Shown here: positions 53,518-61,957 of the stretch, piece by piece
Numbering within the stretch: the first letter of the stretch is position 1
Layout of the letters: every line of letters begins with the position of its first letter
Made by a program: the position numbers and the translations under genes
The notes under the pieces: generated by a model
The model's input: only the letters and a program-made list of their open reading frames with translations
Databases searched by the model: none
Told to the model about the DNA's origin: nothing
DNA from: Patescibacteria group bacterium
GTDB lineage: Bacteria; Patescibacteriota; Patescibacteriia; Patescibacteriales; UBA12465
Length of the DNA: 64,000 nucleotides
Reading direction: 5' to 3'
Assembly (NCBI GenBank): GCA_041651195.1
Contig: JBAZJR010000001.1
Span: 71,601-135,600 of the forward strand

Positions 53518-55431
53518 ATGATCGATTTTAACAAGGAAGACCAACAGAATAAGATAAAGCTTAACGCGCCGGTCACTTTGCGGCCGCCCGGTGCTGCTCC
53601 GCTGATCGAAGCCGATCCGGAGTTGACGCGGGAAGTGATCGAAGAAGAGAAGGCTTTCCGCCGCGGCGTCTTATCCGTCCGCGATATTATCGCGCCAGCC
53701 AGCCTCAAAGTCGAGGCCAGTTTCCTGCATCTCGGCAATAAGTTCGTCCGGACGATTTTTGTGATCAGCTATCCGCGCTATATTTCCGTCGGCTGGTTCG
53801 CCCCGATCATTAATTTGAACGTCACTTTCGACGTCTCGATGTTCTTTTATCCGGTCAAGAGCTTTATCATTTTGAAACAGCTGAAGAATAAGGTCGGCGC
53901 CTTGGAAGCCCAGATCGTCTCGGACGCGGAAAAAGGCGCGGCCCGTGATCCGCTCCGGGAAACCGCCCTCCGCGATATCGAGTATCTCCGCGACGCCTTG
54001 ACGCAGGGGACGGAGAAATTTTTCCAGTTTTCCCTGTATGTTACTCTTTACGCCGATAATCTGGCCGACCTCGATCGCCTATCCGATCAGATCGAAGATA
54101 TCTTCGGTTCGCGCCTGGTTTATTCCCGCCGCGTTTATTATCAGTCCGAGCAGGGCTTCAACTCGACCTTGCCCTTAGGCGATGACGAATTATATATTAC
54201 CTTCAACATGAATTCTTCGCCGATCGCTTCGTCTTTCCCGTTTATTTCCAGCGAATTGACCAGCGACCAGGGCATCCTATACGGCATTAATCGCCATAAT
54301 AATAGCTTGATCCTCTTTGAACGCTTTTCTTTGCAGAACGCCAATTCCGTCGTTTTTGCGACTTCCGGCGCCGGGAAGAGCTATGCTGTGAAGTTGGAGA
54401 TCCTGCGCTCGCTCATGCTCGGCACCGACGTGATTGTCATCGATCCGGAATATGAATATAAACATCTGGCGGAAGCGGTCGGCGGCACCTATATAAATAT
54501 TTCTTTGTCTTCGGAAAATAAGATCAATCCTTTCGACTTGCCTCGTTCGATCGGCGGGGAGGCGAAACCGAAAGACATCATCCGGAGCGCCGTCATAACG
54601 CTCAAAGGCTTGGTCCGGCTGATGCTTGGCAACTTGACCTATGATGAGGATTCCATCGTCGACCGGGCGCTCCTCGAAACTTACGCCAAGAAGGATATTA
54701 CGCCGGACTCGGATCTTTCTAAGATCGAGGCGCCGATCATGTCTGATTTCGAACAGATCTTGGAAGGGATGGAGGGCGGTTCGGACCTGGCTTTGCGTCT
54801 GCGTAAATTCACCGTCGGGACTTTCGCCGGTCTCCTGAACAATCAGACTAACGTCGAGATGAATAACCAGCTGGTCTGTTTCTCGGTCCGCGACTTGGAA
54901 GATGAATTGCGGCCGATCGCGATCTATACGATCGTCAATTATATCTGGAACGTCGTCCGGAGCGAGATGAAGAAACGGATTTTGGTCATTGACGAAGCCT
55001 GGTGGATGATGCAGCACGAAGACAGCGCGAAATTCATCTTCGCTCTCGTCAAGCGCTGTCGCAAATATTATCTCGGCGTAACGACGATCACCCAGGATGT
55101 CAACGATTTCTTGACTTCGCCCTACGGCCAGGCCATCGTCACCAACTCTTCCATGCAGCTCCTATTCAAGCAGTCGCCGGCCGCGATCGACCTGGTGCAG
55201 AAGACTTTCTTATTGACCGAAGGCGAAAAATATCTGCTCTTGGAATGCGGTGTCGGGGAAGGGATCTTCTTCGCGGGCAACAAGCACGTGGCCATGAAGG
55301 CAGTCGCTTCCTATACCGAAGACCAGCTCATTACTTCTGATCCGCGCCAACTCCTTGAATTAGAAGAAGCGAAGAAAGAATTTGATGAAAGCCAGGCGCA
55401 GCAGGGGGATGCCAGCGGCCTGAAGCTTTAA
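53518..55431 (+). CDS. virB4: VirB4/TraE-family type IV secretion ATPase (middle + ATPase domains)
   Basis: Walker A is ATSGAGKSYAVK (GAGKS at 54367-54381). Walker B is ILVIDEAWWMM. YPRYISVGWF is a mid-domain motif. The ATG at 53518 is preferred over the TTG at 53488. Confidence 0.85.
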   Translation: MIDFNKEDQQNKIKLNAPVTLRPPGAAPLIEADPELTREVIEEEKAFRRGVLSVRDIIAPASLKVEASFLHLGNKFVRTIFVISYPRYISVGWFAPIINLNVTFDVSMFFYPVKSFIILKQLKNKVGALEAQIVSDAEKGAARDPLRETALRDIEYLRDALTQGTEKFFQFSLYVTLYADNLADLDRLSDQIEDIFGSRLVYSRRVYYQSEQGFNSTLPLGDDELYITFNMNSSPIASSFPFISSELTSDQGILYGINRHNNSLILFERFSLQNANSVVFATSGAGKSYAVKLEILRSLMLGTDVIVIDPEYEYKHLAEAVGGTYINISLSSENKINPFDLPRSIGGEAKPKDIIRSAVITLKGLVRLMLGNLTYDEDSIVDRALLETYAKKDITPDSDLSKIEAPIMSDFEQILEGMEGGSDLALRLRKFTVGTFAGLLNNQTNVEMNNQLVCFSVRDLEDELRPIAIYTIVNYIWNVVRSEMKKRILVIDEAWWMMQHEDSAKFIFALVKRCRKYYLGVTTITQDVNDFLTSPYGQAIVTNSSMQLLFKQSPAAIDLVQKTFLLTEGEKYLLLECGVGEGIFFAGNKHVAMKAVASYTEDQLITSDPRQLLELEEAKKEFDESQAQQGDASGLKL

Positions 55432-55477
55432 GCCAGTTTTATAATAATATCCTGCCTGGAGCGGGACTTATAAACAT

Positions 55478-56101
55478 ATGCAAACTAACCGCAGGAATCT
55501 AGGCCTCCTAGTCATCATCATCGGATTGATCATCTTGGCTTTGGTGGTCTATTTTACTTTTTTCCGGTCGGAGGAGGCTCCCTCGGAAACGCCGGCTGGC
55601 GAAACTGTGACCGCGACGCCGCAGCTGGAAACCAGCCCCTTGATCGGTACTACGACGCCGAGCGATCGGCCGGTGAACCGCCAGACCTACGACCTTTCTA
55701 AAGAGGCGCCGCATCAGTTCAATATCAACGATTTAACTAAGATCGCGGAATCTTTCGCCGCCCGCTTCGGTTCTTTCTCCAGCCAATCCGATTATAATAA
55801 TTTTACCGATCTGCGGATGTTTATGACTGAGAGCCTGCGAGATTGGGTCGACGGCTATGTCCAGAAACTCAAGGCCGAAAGATCAAGCGCCACTTATTAT
55901 GGCATCACGACGAAAGCCCTGGTAAGCGACGTGAAAAGTTTCGACGACCAGGCGGGAAGCGCCGAAGTCTTCGTGACGACGGAGCGCAGCGAGAGCACAG
56001 AGCAAATCGGCGGCGGCACGCCTTATCGGCAGGACCTGCGCTTGAAGTTCAAGAAAGTTAACGGCGACTGGCTGGTCGATGAAGTCTATTGGCAGAAATA
56101 A
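55478..56101 (+). CDS. Bitopic membrane protein, possible VirB8/PrgL-like (NTF2-like C-terminal domain)
   Basis: Single N-terminal TM (LGLLVIIIGLIILALVVYFTFF). The C-terminal ~140 aa end in LRLKFKKVNGDWLVDEVYWQK, reminiscent of NTF2-like folds. It lies immediately downstream of virB4. The call rests on context and topology. Confidence 0.35.
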   Translation: MQTNRRNLGLLVIIIGLIILALVVYFTFFRSEEAPSETPAGETVTATPQLETSPLIGTTTPSDRPVNRQTYDLSKEAPHQFNINDLTKIAESFAARFGSFSSQSDYNNFTDLRMFMTESLRDWVDGYVQKLKAERSSATYYGITTKALVSDVKSFDDQAGSAEVFVTTERSESTEQIGGGTPYRQDLRLKFKKVNGDWLVDEVYWQK

Positions 56102-56115
56102 CAGTTAGCAAAACC

Positions 56116-57465
56116 ATGGCTAATCCCTTGAAAACCATCTTTACTTGCGCCAATTGCGACGCCCAATTCCCGAAATGGAGTGGGCGTTGTTTGGAGTGCG
56201 GCGCCTGGGGGACTTTGACCGAACGCGCTTTAGACAGCAAAGAAGCCAGCCGGGAAGCGGTCAAGAAATTAGGCGGCGCGGAGGTAATCGATCTAGCAGG
56301 CATCAAAGATTCATCTTTGTCGCGCCTGAAGACGAATATCAGCGAGATCGATCGGGTTTTGGGCGGCGGCTTGGTGCCCGGATCGCTCGTGTTACTCAGC
56401 GGCGAACCGGGTATTGGTAAGTCCACTTTAGTCGCGCAGATCGCGACGGCGTTAGGGAAAGATCGCCAGACGATCTATGTGAGCGGCGAAGAGTCGGCCG
56501 CCCAGATCAAAGATCGCCTGAATCGTTTAGGCTGCGATCTGAGCCGCCTAAAGTTCATCTCGGAAACTAATGTTGAGAAGATATTTACGGCTGGCGTTAA
56601 GGCTAAGGCCGATGTGATGATTATTGATTCCATCCAGACCGTTTATTCGGCGCTTATCCCGTCGGAAGCGGGCAGTATTTCCCAGATCCGGGCGGCGACT
56701 GTCCGTTTTCTAGAACTGGCTAAGCAGAACGGATTAGCGATCATCCTGATTGGCCATATCACCAAGGACGGCCAGGTCGCCGGTCCGAAATCCTTGGAAC
56801 ATATCGTCGATACTGTCCTATATTTAGAGAATGAATCTACTAATAATTATTGCTTGCTTCGGGCGACTAAGAACCGTTTCGGTTCCGTCAACGAATTAGG
56901 GGTTTTAGAGATGACCGGAGCCGGCTTTCAGGAAGTGAAGAATCCCAGCCAGATCTTTATCGAAACTGATCAGTCGGATATTTCTGGTTCGGTCATCAGC
57001 TGCCTGATCGAAGGGACGCGGCCTTTCCTGGCCGACCTGCAGGCGCTCGTGACTAAGACGGTCTTTGGTTATCCGCAGAGGAAGGCCAGCGGTTTTGACC
57101 TTAATCGGCTCCAGGTTTTGAGCGCGGTGATCACCAAGCGGACGAAAATAAACCTGACAGCGCAAGATATAATCCTGAACGTGGTCGGCGGCCTGAAGAT
57201 TAGCGACCCGGCGCTTGACCTCGCCGCCTGCGCGGCGATCATCAGCTCGCAATTGAATAAGAATTTCGATCGGCACACGATCGTCCTCGGGGAAGTCGGC
57301 CTGGGCGCGGAAGTGCGCAATGTTTTTAAATTAGAGCAGCGGCTTCAGGAAGCGGAGCGCCTGGGCTTTACTACGGCGATCGTCCCATCCGCGGCCGTGA
57401 AAGGCGGGAATTTAAAATTAATTAAAGTAAAGAATCTGGGCGAATTGGTGGATATTATAAAGTAA
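56116..57465 (+). CDS. radA: DNA repair protein RadA/Sms
   Basis: Zinc finger CANCDAQFPKWSGRCLECGAWGT, Walker A GEPGIGKST, the KNRFG motif (ATKNRFGSVNE) and a Lon-like C-terminus. The ATG at 56116 is preferred over the TTG at 56089. Confidence 0.9.
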   Translation: MANPLKTIFTCANCDAQFPKWSGRCLECGAWGTLTERALDSKEASREAVKKLGGAEVIDLAGIKDSSLSRLKTNISEIDRVLGGGLVPGSLVLLSGEPGIGKSTLVAQIATALGKDRQTIYVSGEESAAQIKDRLNRLGCDLSRLKFISETNVEKIFTAGVKAKADVMIIDSIQTVYSALIPSEAGSISQIRAATVRFLELAKQNGLAIILIGHITKDGQVAGPKSLEHIVDTVLYLENESTNNYCLLRATKNRFGSVNELGVLEMTGAGFQEVKNPSQIFIETDQSDISGSVISCLIEGTRPFLADLQALVTKTVFGYPQRKASGFDLNRLQVLSAVITKRTKINLTAQDIILNVVGGLKISDPALDLAACAAIISSQLNKNFDRHTIVLGEVGLGAEVRNVFKLEQRLQEAERLGFTTAIVPSAAVKGGNLKLIKVKNLGELVDIIK

Positions 57466-57515
57466 GGCGGCATAGCGCGCCAGCGGGCGTCCATTATTCG
57501 AATTTTTAGTTAAAT

Positions 57516-57550
57516 AAAAAACGGCCCTTTAAGTAGCGGCCGTTTTTTTT
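57516..57550. terminator. Bidirectional rho-independent terminator after radA
   Basis: aaaaaacggcc (57516-57526) pairs with ggccgtttttt (57538-57548). The stem has A- and T-tracts and lies between convergent genes. Confidence 0.65.
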
Positions 57551-57560
57551 CTTTAATGAT

Positions 57561-57959
57561 TTATCCTGTTAGGCCTAGAGAAGGCCTTAGTTTTTTCTGG
57601 CATGCTTCGGAGAGCGCTTCTTGGAGGCAAACCAGGCATTCCGGGTTATTTTCCATAGAAGCGAGTTTTCTTTCCGGGACTTTTTCTAACGGAATGGCAT
57701 CATTGAGCCGCAAGAGGCTGTAGACGCCTTTGCGCTCATCTTTGATGGTTGCGGTTGCAGTATCGATCCCAAAGTGATTGGTGAATATTTCTTCCGCTGT
57801 TTCCAGGTCCGGGTAAACCAGATCCCAAGCTGGAACGGACTGGCGCGGTATGTCTTCGCCAGAAATTTCCAGATGGCATCCAGTTTCCGGATGTTGCCAT
57901 CCTCCATGCACGATCACTTCCTGACCGTTGAAGGAACCAAATAATAAACAGGACTTCAT
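57561..57959 (-). CDS. Hypothetical protein
   Basis: 132-aa ORF with a strong SD (GAGGGAG) 4 nt upstream of the ATG on the minus strand. No recognisable motif. Confidence 0.55.
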   Translation of the reverse strand: MKSCLLFGSFNGQEVIVHGGWQHPETGCHLEISGEDIPRQSVPAWDLVYPDLETAEEIFTNHFGIDTATATIKDERKGVYSLLRLNDAIPLEKVPERKLASMENNPECLVCLQEALSEACQKKLRPSLGLTG

Positions 57960-58129
57960 ATTACTCCCTCGTTTTGTTTGTTTTTTTTAGATGCTCTTAG
58001 TGGCATCTTTTTTAAAAAGAAATATTTAACAATAGATCAATATTACCAGCTATTATTAATTTAGTCAATTATTTTATTGTGGATAAATTGGCTGATTTTA
58101 GCCGTTAAATTTGAAGGTTTTATATATAC

Positions 58130-58158
58130 TTGACATTAATTATTAAAAGTGTTATTAT
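58130..58158 (+). promoter_or_regulatory. Sigma-70-like promoter candidate in AT-rich intergenic region
   Basis: TTGACA (58130-58135), a 17-nt spacer, then TATTAT (58153-58158). This would give a ~100-nt leader before the ATG at 58268. Confidence 0.45.
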
Positions 58159-58267
58159 TATCTCATGTTCCTTTAAATTAAACTTAGGTTTTTTGACCTG
58201 TTTTGAGGCTATAGGCCTGAGGATAGATCAAAGCAACTAACTAAAACTAAAAAATATAAGGTGTGTG

Positions 58268-58582
58268 ATGAAAACTCTAAAAAAGTTCTTTGCGTCGATA
58301 GGTAATTTACTGCAACTATCCTCGGTGTTTATAAGGGAATTATCTATCATCGGCGGTGTTGTTTCAATGATAATTCTGGGCTGGTCAGTATTTGCCTTCG
58401 GTTTGTACATTGGCTCATCCGATGGCGATCCCGGAGATCTTCTGAGATGGATTAAACAGCCAGGAGTTGTTGTCAGCCTACTGGCCCTCTCTATTTCAGT
58501 TTTCATTTTTAGAGGAACCAGGAGCAAGCTTTGGATTAAGTTCGAAAATTCCCGAGTTTTGAGATGGTTCGAAGCCCTCTAA
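58268..58582 (+). CDS. Small hypothetical membrane protein (two TM helices)
   Basis: AAGGTG lies upstream of the ATG at 58268. TM segments are LSIIGGVVSMIILGWSVFAFGLYI and VVVSLLALSISVFIF. It is preferred over the overlapping minus-strand ORF 58237-58527 because of the promoter and RBS. Confidence 0.45.
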   Translation: MKTLKKFFASIGNLLQLSSVFIRELSIIGGVVSMIILGWSVFAFGLYIGSSDGDPGDLLRWIKQPGVVVSLLALSISVFIFRGTRSKLWIKFENSRVLRWFEAL

Positions 58583-58593
58583 ATTTTTCTAAA

Positions 58594-58632
58594 AAGGAGC
58601 CGAAGATTTTATAAAAAAGTCAACGGCTCCTT
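58594..58632. terminator. Possible terminator hairpin between convergent genes
   Basis: aaggagccg (58594-58602) pairs with cggctcctt (58624-58632). The 9-bp stem has a large 21-nt loop, so this is weak. Confidence 0.3.
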
Positions 58633-58655
58633 CTTCATATTTAGAAATATTTGTC

Positions 58656-60692
58656 CTATTCTAAATGTACCTTATTTTCCCATTCACCCAGCTTCTGTTT
58701 CAGGAGCGGGTGTTTTTTTAAATCCGGGTCGTCATCGACCAAAGCTTTCGCTTCCGCCTGCGCTTTCTTAATATTATCATAATCGAAGAGCGTCGCGATC
58801 TGGAATTCTGGGAAGCCGCTCTGGCCGGTACCGTATAATTCGCCCGCGCCGCGCAGTTTTAAGTCTACCTTCGCCAAAGAAAAGCCATCCTGATATTTAG
58901 TGAGCGCTTCTAGGCGTTCGATCGTCTTAGGATTCTTGATTTCTTCGTCGGACGGGAATAGGAAGCAATAAGATTGCCGCGCGCTGCGCCCGACGCGGCC
59001 GCGGAATTGATGCAGGCTGGCTAAGCCGAAGCGTTCGGCGCCTTCGATCAGCATCAGGGTCGCGTTCGGGACGTCTATGCCCACTTCTACCACGGAAGTG
59101 GCCACCAATATCTGCGTCTGGCCGGCTAGGAAATCCGCCATTACTCGTTCCTTTTCCTTATTTTTCAGGCGGCCGTGGAGCAAGCCGATTTTAAGTTCCG
59201 GAAATATTTCTTTGTCCAGCTTGGCGTATTCGGCCTTGACCGATTTAGCCCCGAGCTTGTCCGATTCATCGATGAGCGGGCAGATGACAAAAGCTTGGCG
59301 TCCGGCCTTGATCTGCTGTCGGATGAAATCATAAGCGTCCGACCGGCGATTTTCGGTAATGATCTTAGTGCTGACTGGCAGCCGGCCGACTGGCTGTTGA
59401 TTGATAACGGATAAATCCAGATCGCCGTAGATCGTGAGAGCGAGGGAGCGGGGGATCGGGGTCGCTGTTAGTGATAGGAAATGCGGCGTCTGATCTTGGG
59501 CGCTGTTAAAGTCGATGATCTTCTGCCGTTGGCTGACGCCGAAACGGTGCTGTTCATCGACGACGGCGAGCGCGAGGTCGCTAAATTTAATATTTTCTTG
59601 GATCAGGGCGTGCGTCCCGATGATGATATCAGCCTGCGTTGCCGCGGCATCCTTATGGCTATGGGTGAGTAGGGCGATTTTTAGGTCATAAGGAGCTAAT
59701 AAGCCGGTAATATAATTAAAATGCTGTCGCGCCAGGATTTCTGTCGGGACCATCAAGAGCGCCTGTTTCTTATTGCGGGCGACATTCAAGAGCGCGAGAA
59801 TAACGACCAGGGTCTTGCCGCTCCCGACATCGCCTTCCAGGAGCCGGCTCATCGGCATCGGTTTTTCCAAATCTTTAAGGATTTCCCAGGCCGCCTTCCT
59901 TTGCGCGTCGGTCAATTTAAAGGGTAGAGAGGCGACGAATTCTTTTGTATCCGCTTCCCGGAATTTGATCGCAATAGCGCGCCGTGCTTTGAGTTCGCTC
60001 TTGATCATCTGGGACTTTATCTGGCGCAAGAAGAGCTCGGTAAAACCGAGGCGCTGTTTCGCCGCCGTGATTTCCGCCTGGTTTTTCGGGAAATGAATTT
60101 GGCGCAAGGCGAGGCCTAGATCTAATAGCCCTAATTTTTTTTTGATGTCCGCCGGCAGCCAGTCCGGCTCTTGGTCCGCCAGAGAGATGATTTCTTTGAC
60201 CAGGAAGCGGATCTGCTTCTGGGTCAAGCTAGCGGTCAGGTGGTAATTTGGGATCAGGCCCTGGGTATGGATCAGATCTTCGGAGTAGACCTTTTCTATG
60301 ACCGGAGCGACTAGAGCCAAACTGCCATAATTTTCGCTCACTCGGCCAGCCAGAGAAACCTGATCGCCGACCTTATAAGTCCGCGTCAGGAAAGGCTGAT
60401 TGAACCAGATCGCCTTGATCGTATCGGTTCCATCGCTCACCAGCGCCTCGGTCAAGTACATCCGCCGCCGCGGGCTCTTCTTATTCTGGATCAGCTCGAT
60501 CGTCCCTATGACATTGACGGTCGAACCATCTTCCAAGTCGGCGATTGCGACACGGCTGGAAAAATCTTCGTAGCGGAAAGGGAAATAAAAAAGCAGGTCA
60601 TGGACGGTTTCCAGACCCAGCTTTTTCAATAGGGAAGAGGTGGCTTTGCCGACGCGGTAGAGTTCCGTGATCGGGGAATTGAGGTTAGCCAT
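58656..60692 (-). CDS. recG: ATP-dependent DNA helicase RecG
   Basis: OB/wedge N-terminus, Walker A GDVGSGKT, DEQHRFG, and helicase motif VI QLHQFRGRVGRS. The track start 60710 overlaps the tRNA-Arg gene, so the ATG at 60692 (MANLNSPITELY) is preferred. Confidence 0.9.
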   Translation of the reverse strand: MANLNSPITELYRVGKATSSLLKKLGLETVHDLLFYFPFRYEDFSSRVAIADLEDGSTVNVIGTIELIQNKKSPRRRMYLTEALVSDGTDTIKAIWFNQPFLTRTYKVGDQVSLAGRVSENYGSLALVAPVIEKVYSEDLIHTQGLIPNYHLTASLTQKQIRFLVKEIISLADQEPDWLPADIKKKLGLLDLGLALRQIHFPKNQAEITAAKQRLGFTELFLRQIKSQMIKSELKARRAIAIKFREADTKEFVASLPFKLTDAQRKAAWEILKDLEKPMPMSRLLEGDVGSGKTLVVILALLNVARNKKQALLMVPTEILARQHFNYITGLLAPYDLKIALLTHSHKDAAATQADIIIGTHALIQENIKFSDLALAVVDEQHRFGVSQRQKIIDFNSAQDQTPHFLSLTATPIPRSLALTIYGDLDLSVINQQPVGRLPVSTKIITENRRSDAYDFIRQQIKAGRQAFVICPLIDESDKLGAKSVKAEYAKLDKEIFPELKIGLLHGRLKNKEKERVMADFLAGQTQILVATSVVEVGIDVPNATLMLIEGAERFGLASLHQFRGRVGRSARQSYCFLFPSDEEIKNPKTIERLEALTKYQDGFSLAKVDLKLRGAGELYGTGQSGFPEFQIATLFDYDNIKKAQAEAKALVDDDPDLKKHPLLKQKLGEWENKVHLE

Positions 60693-60701
60693 ATGGTGCT
60701 G

Positions 60702-60773
60702 TGCATCCACCAGGAATCGAACCTGGATTTCAAGCTCCGCAAGCTTGCGTCCTATCCGTTGAACGATGGATGC
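60702..60773 (-). tRNA. tRNA-Arg, anticodon GCG (72 nt, no encoded CCA)
   Basis: Hand-folded cloverleaf: GCATCCA TC GTTC AACGGATA GGAC G CAAGC TTGCGGA GCTTG AAAT CCAGG TTCGATT CCTGG TGGATGC A. The anticodon is at 60738-60740. Confidence 0.85.
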
Positions 60774-60813
60774 TCATCTGGCCGCTCGGGCGGCCAAAAC
60801 TGCTTCCATCTTA

Positions 60814-61332
60814 TTATAGTTTCAGTAGTTTAGTCAACTGTTCCGATAAGGGAGGCGCGGTCCGTTCCAGGTCTTCATCCAGATAGCGGACCAGGAAATT
60901 GCGCACGGTTAAGGCGTCCATGCGGCGCAGGGGCACTGATAAGCGGGGCCGCATGCCGTTCTTATATTCTAAGTAGAGATTTTTGATCCCGTCTTTTGGT
61001 TTGTATAAAACGGAGAAATTTTTGAATTCGTCGTAGTCGTAAAATTTGCGGCCGATCTTTACTCCTTCCGGCCCGATTTCAAAATCTACCTGGAGCGGTT
61101 CTCGGCTATCATTAATGATCATAACGATCGACGCCAAGATAATGATCAGGGCGAAGAGGAAGTTAGACTCGAGGCCGAGGAAGACGAGGCGCCAGCCGCT
61201 AAAAGAGAAAAAACTGAAAAAGAGGCAGATGAGGGCGAACACTCCAGCCGCGATATACCAGTTACGGTTCCGGTCGTGCTTCTTATATTCCGGCACCGGC
61301 CATCTGAGATAAGAGCCTTTATTTTCGGGCAT
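60814..61332 (-). CDS. Hypothetical membrane protein (two TM helices, soluble C-terminal domain)
   Basis: 172 aa. TM segments are WYIAAGVFALICLFFSFFSF and FLFALIIILASIVMII. No recognisable catalytic motif. Confidence 0.55.
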   Translation of the reverse strand: MPENKGSYLRWPVPEYKKHDRNRNWYIAAGVFALICLFFSFFSFSGWRLVFLGLESNFLFALIIILASIVMIINDSREPLQVDFEIGPEGVKIGRKFYDYDEFKNFSVLYKPKDGIKNLYLEYKNGMRPRLSVPLRRMDALTVRNFLVRYLDEDLERTAPPLSEQLTKLLKL

Positions 61333-61361
61333 ATTTTTAGACCCGCCTAGCCAATCCTAGT

Positions 61362-61390
61362 TTGACAAGGCAGAGTATATTTTATATATT
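61362..61390 (+). promoter_or_regulatory. Sigma-70-like promoter candidate upstream of the tRNA-Ser region
   Basis: TTGACA (61362-61367), a 17-nt spacer, then TATATT (61385-61390). The predicted transcript would include the GC-rich pseudo-5'-tRNA segment and tRNA-Ser. Confidence 0.45.
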
Positions 61391-61525
61391 GATTATAACA
61401 TAAAAAAAGGAAAAATAGGATATTTCCAGGAGAGGTGGCGGCAACGCCTGGAAGGCGTCTCGGTGGCTGCCGCCGTAGGCGGGCGAGTGTAGCGAGCAAA
61501 AGCGGCAGGGGGAAATTTAATATTT

Positions 61526-61616
61526 GGAGAGGTGGCTGAGTGGCTGAAAGCGGCAGGTTGCTAACCTGTTATAGGGTGTTAAAGCCCTATCGAGGGTTCG
61601 AATCCCTCCTTCTCCG
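61526..61616 (+). tRNA. tRNA-Ser, anticodon GCT (91 nt, long variable arm, no encoded CCA)
   Basis: Hand-folded: GGAGAGG TG GCT GAGTGGCTGAA AGC G GCAGG TTGCTAA CCTGT TATAGGGTGTTAAAGCCCTATC GAGGG TTCGAAT CCCTC CTTCTCC G. Confidence 0.9.
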
Positions 61617-61619
61617 CGC

Positions 61620-61656
61620 ACAAAATAAAACAACCAATTTGGTTGTTTTATTTTGT
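61620..61656 (+). terminator. Rho-independent terminator after tRNA-Ser
   Basis: Perfect 16-bp stem acaaaataaaacaacc / ggttgttttattttgt with loop aattt, T-rich on the 3' side. Confidence 0.75.
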
Positions 61657-61805
61657 ATTTGGAAAGGGATTCGAACAGGATTGAAGTGAGCTAGTCGGCG
61701 GTCAGCAGACCGACGACGCAGCGAACGATCGACAAGCATCCGGGGGATGCTTGTCGCAATCCCCGGACAACGAATGAGCGAGCGATGGTGAGCGAATGAG
61801 GCGGA

Positions 61806-61821
61806 AATCCCTCCTTCTCCG
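61806..61821 (+). repeat. Direct repeat of the tRNA-Ser 3' end (att-like), copy 2
   Basis: aatccctccttctccg is identical to 61601-61616, the last 16 nt of tRNA-Ser. Confidence 0.8.
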
Positions 61822-61830
61822 TAGTTAGGG

Positions 61831-61858
61831 AAAAGTGACCGATCAGGGTCACTTTTTT
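61831..61858 (+). terminator. Hairpin/terminator following tRNA 3'-end copy 2
   Basis: aaaagtgacc / gatcag / ggtcactttt forms a 10-bp stem followed by tt. Confidence 0.5.
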
Positions 61859-61957
61859 ATTTCTAAAGCAGTTTAGCTATTAGTCTCGCTTTCTTTAGAA
61901 TACTTGTATTGACAAATAAATAATAATGCTATACAATATGATTATAATAAAAAATAT

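Noticed and set aside
54277-55017. 246-aa minus-strand ORF, plus the plus-strand ORFs 54641-54838 and 55002-55340
   Set aside because: They overlap the VirB4 ATPase domain, where Walker A and B lie in the annotated frame. Their translations are Arg/Asp-rich nonsense. The 54277 ORF is an antisense shadow ORF, while 54641 and 55002 are same-strand alternative-frame ORFs within virB4.
58237-58527. 96-aa minus-strand ORF overlapping the 58268-58582 plus-strand ORF
   Set aside because: The plus-strand ORF has an upstream promoter-like element, an AAGGTG RBS and two clean TM helices. The minus-strand ORF has none of these. Both remain low-confidence.
60701-60886. 61-aa plus-strand ORF
   Set aside because: It overlaps the tRNA-Arg gene on the opposite strand and the 3' end of the 60814-61332 gene, and it has no start context.
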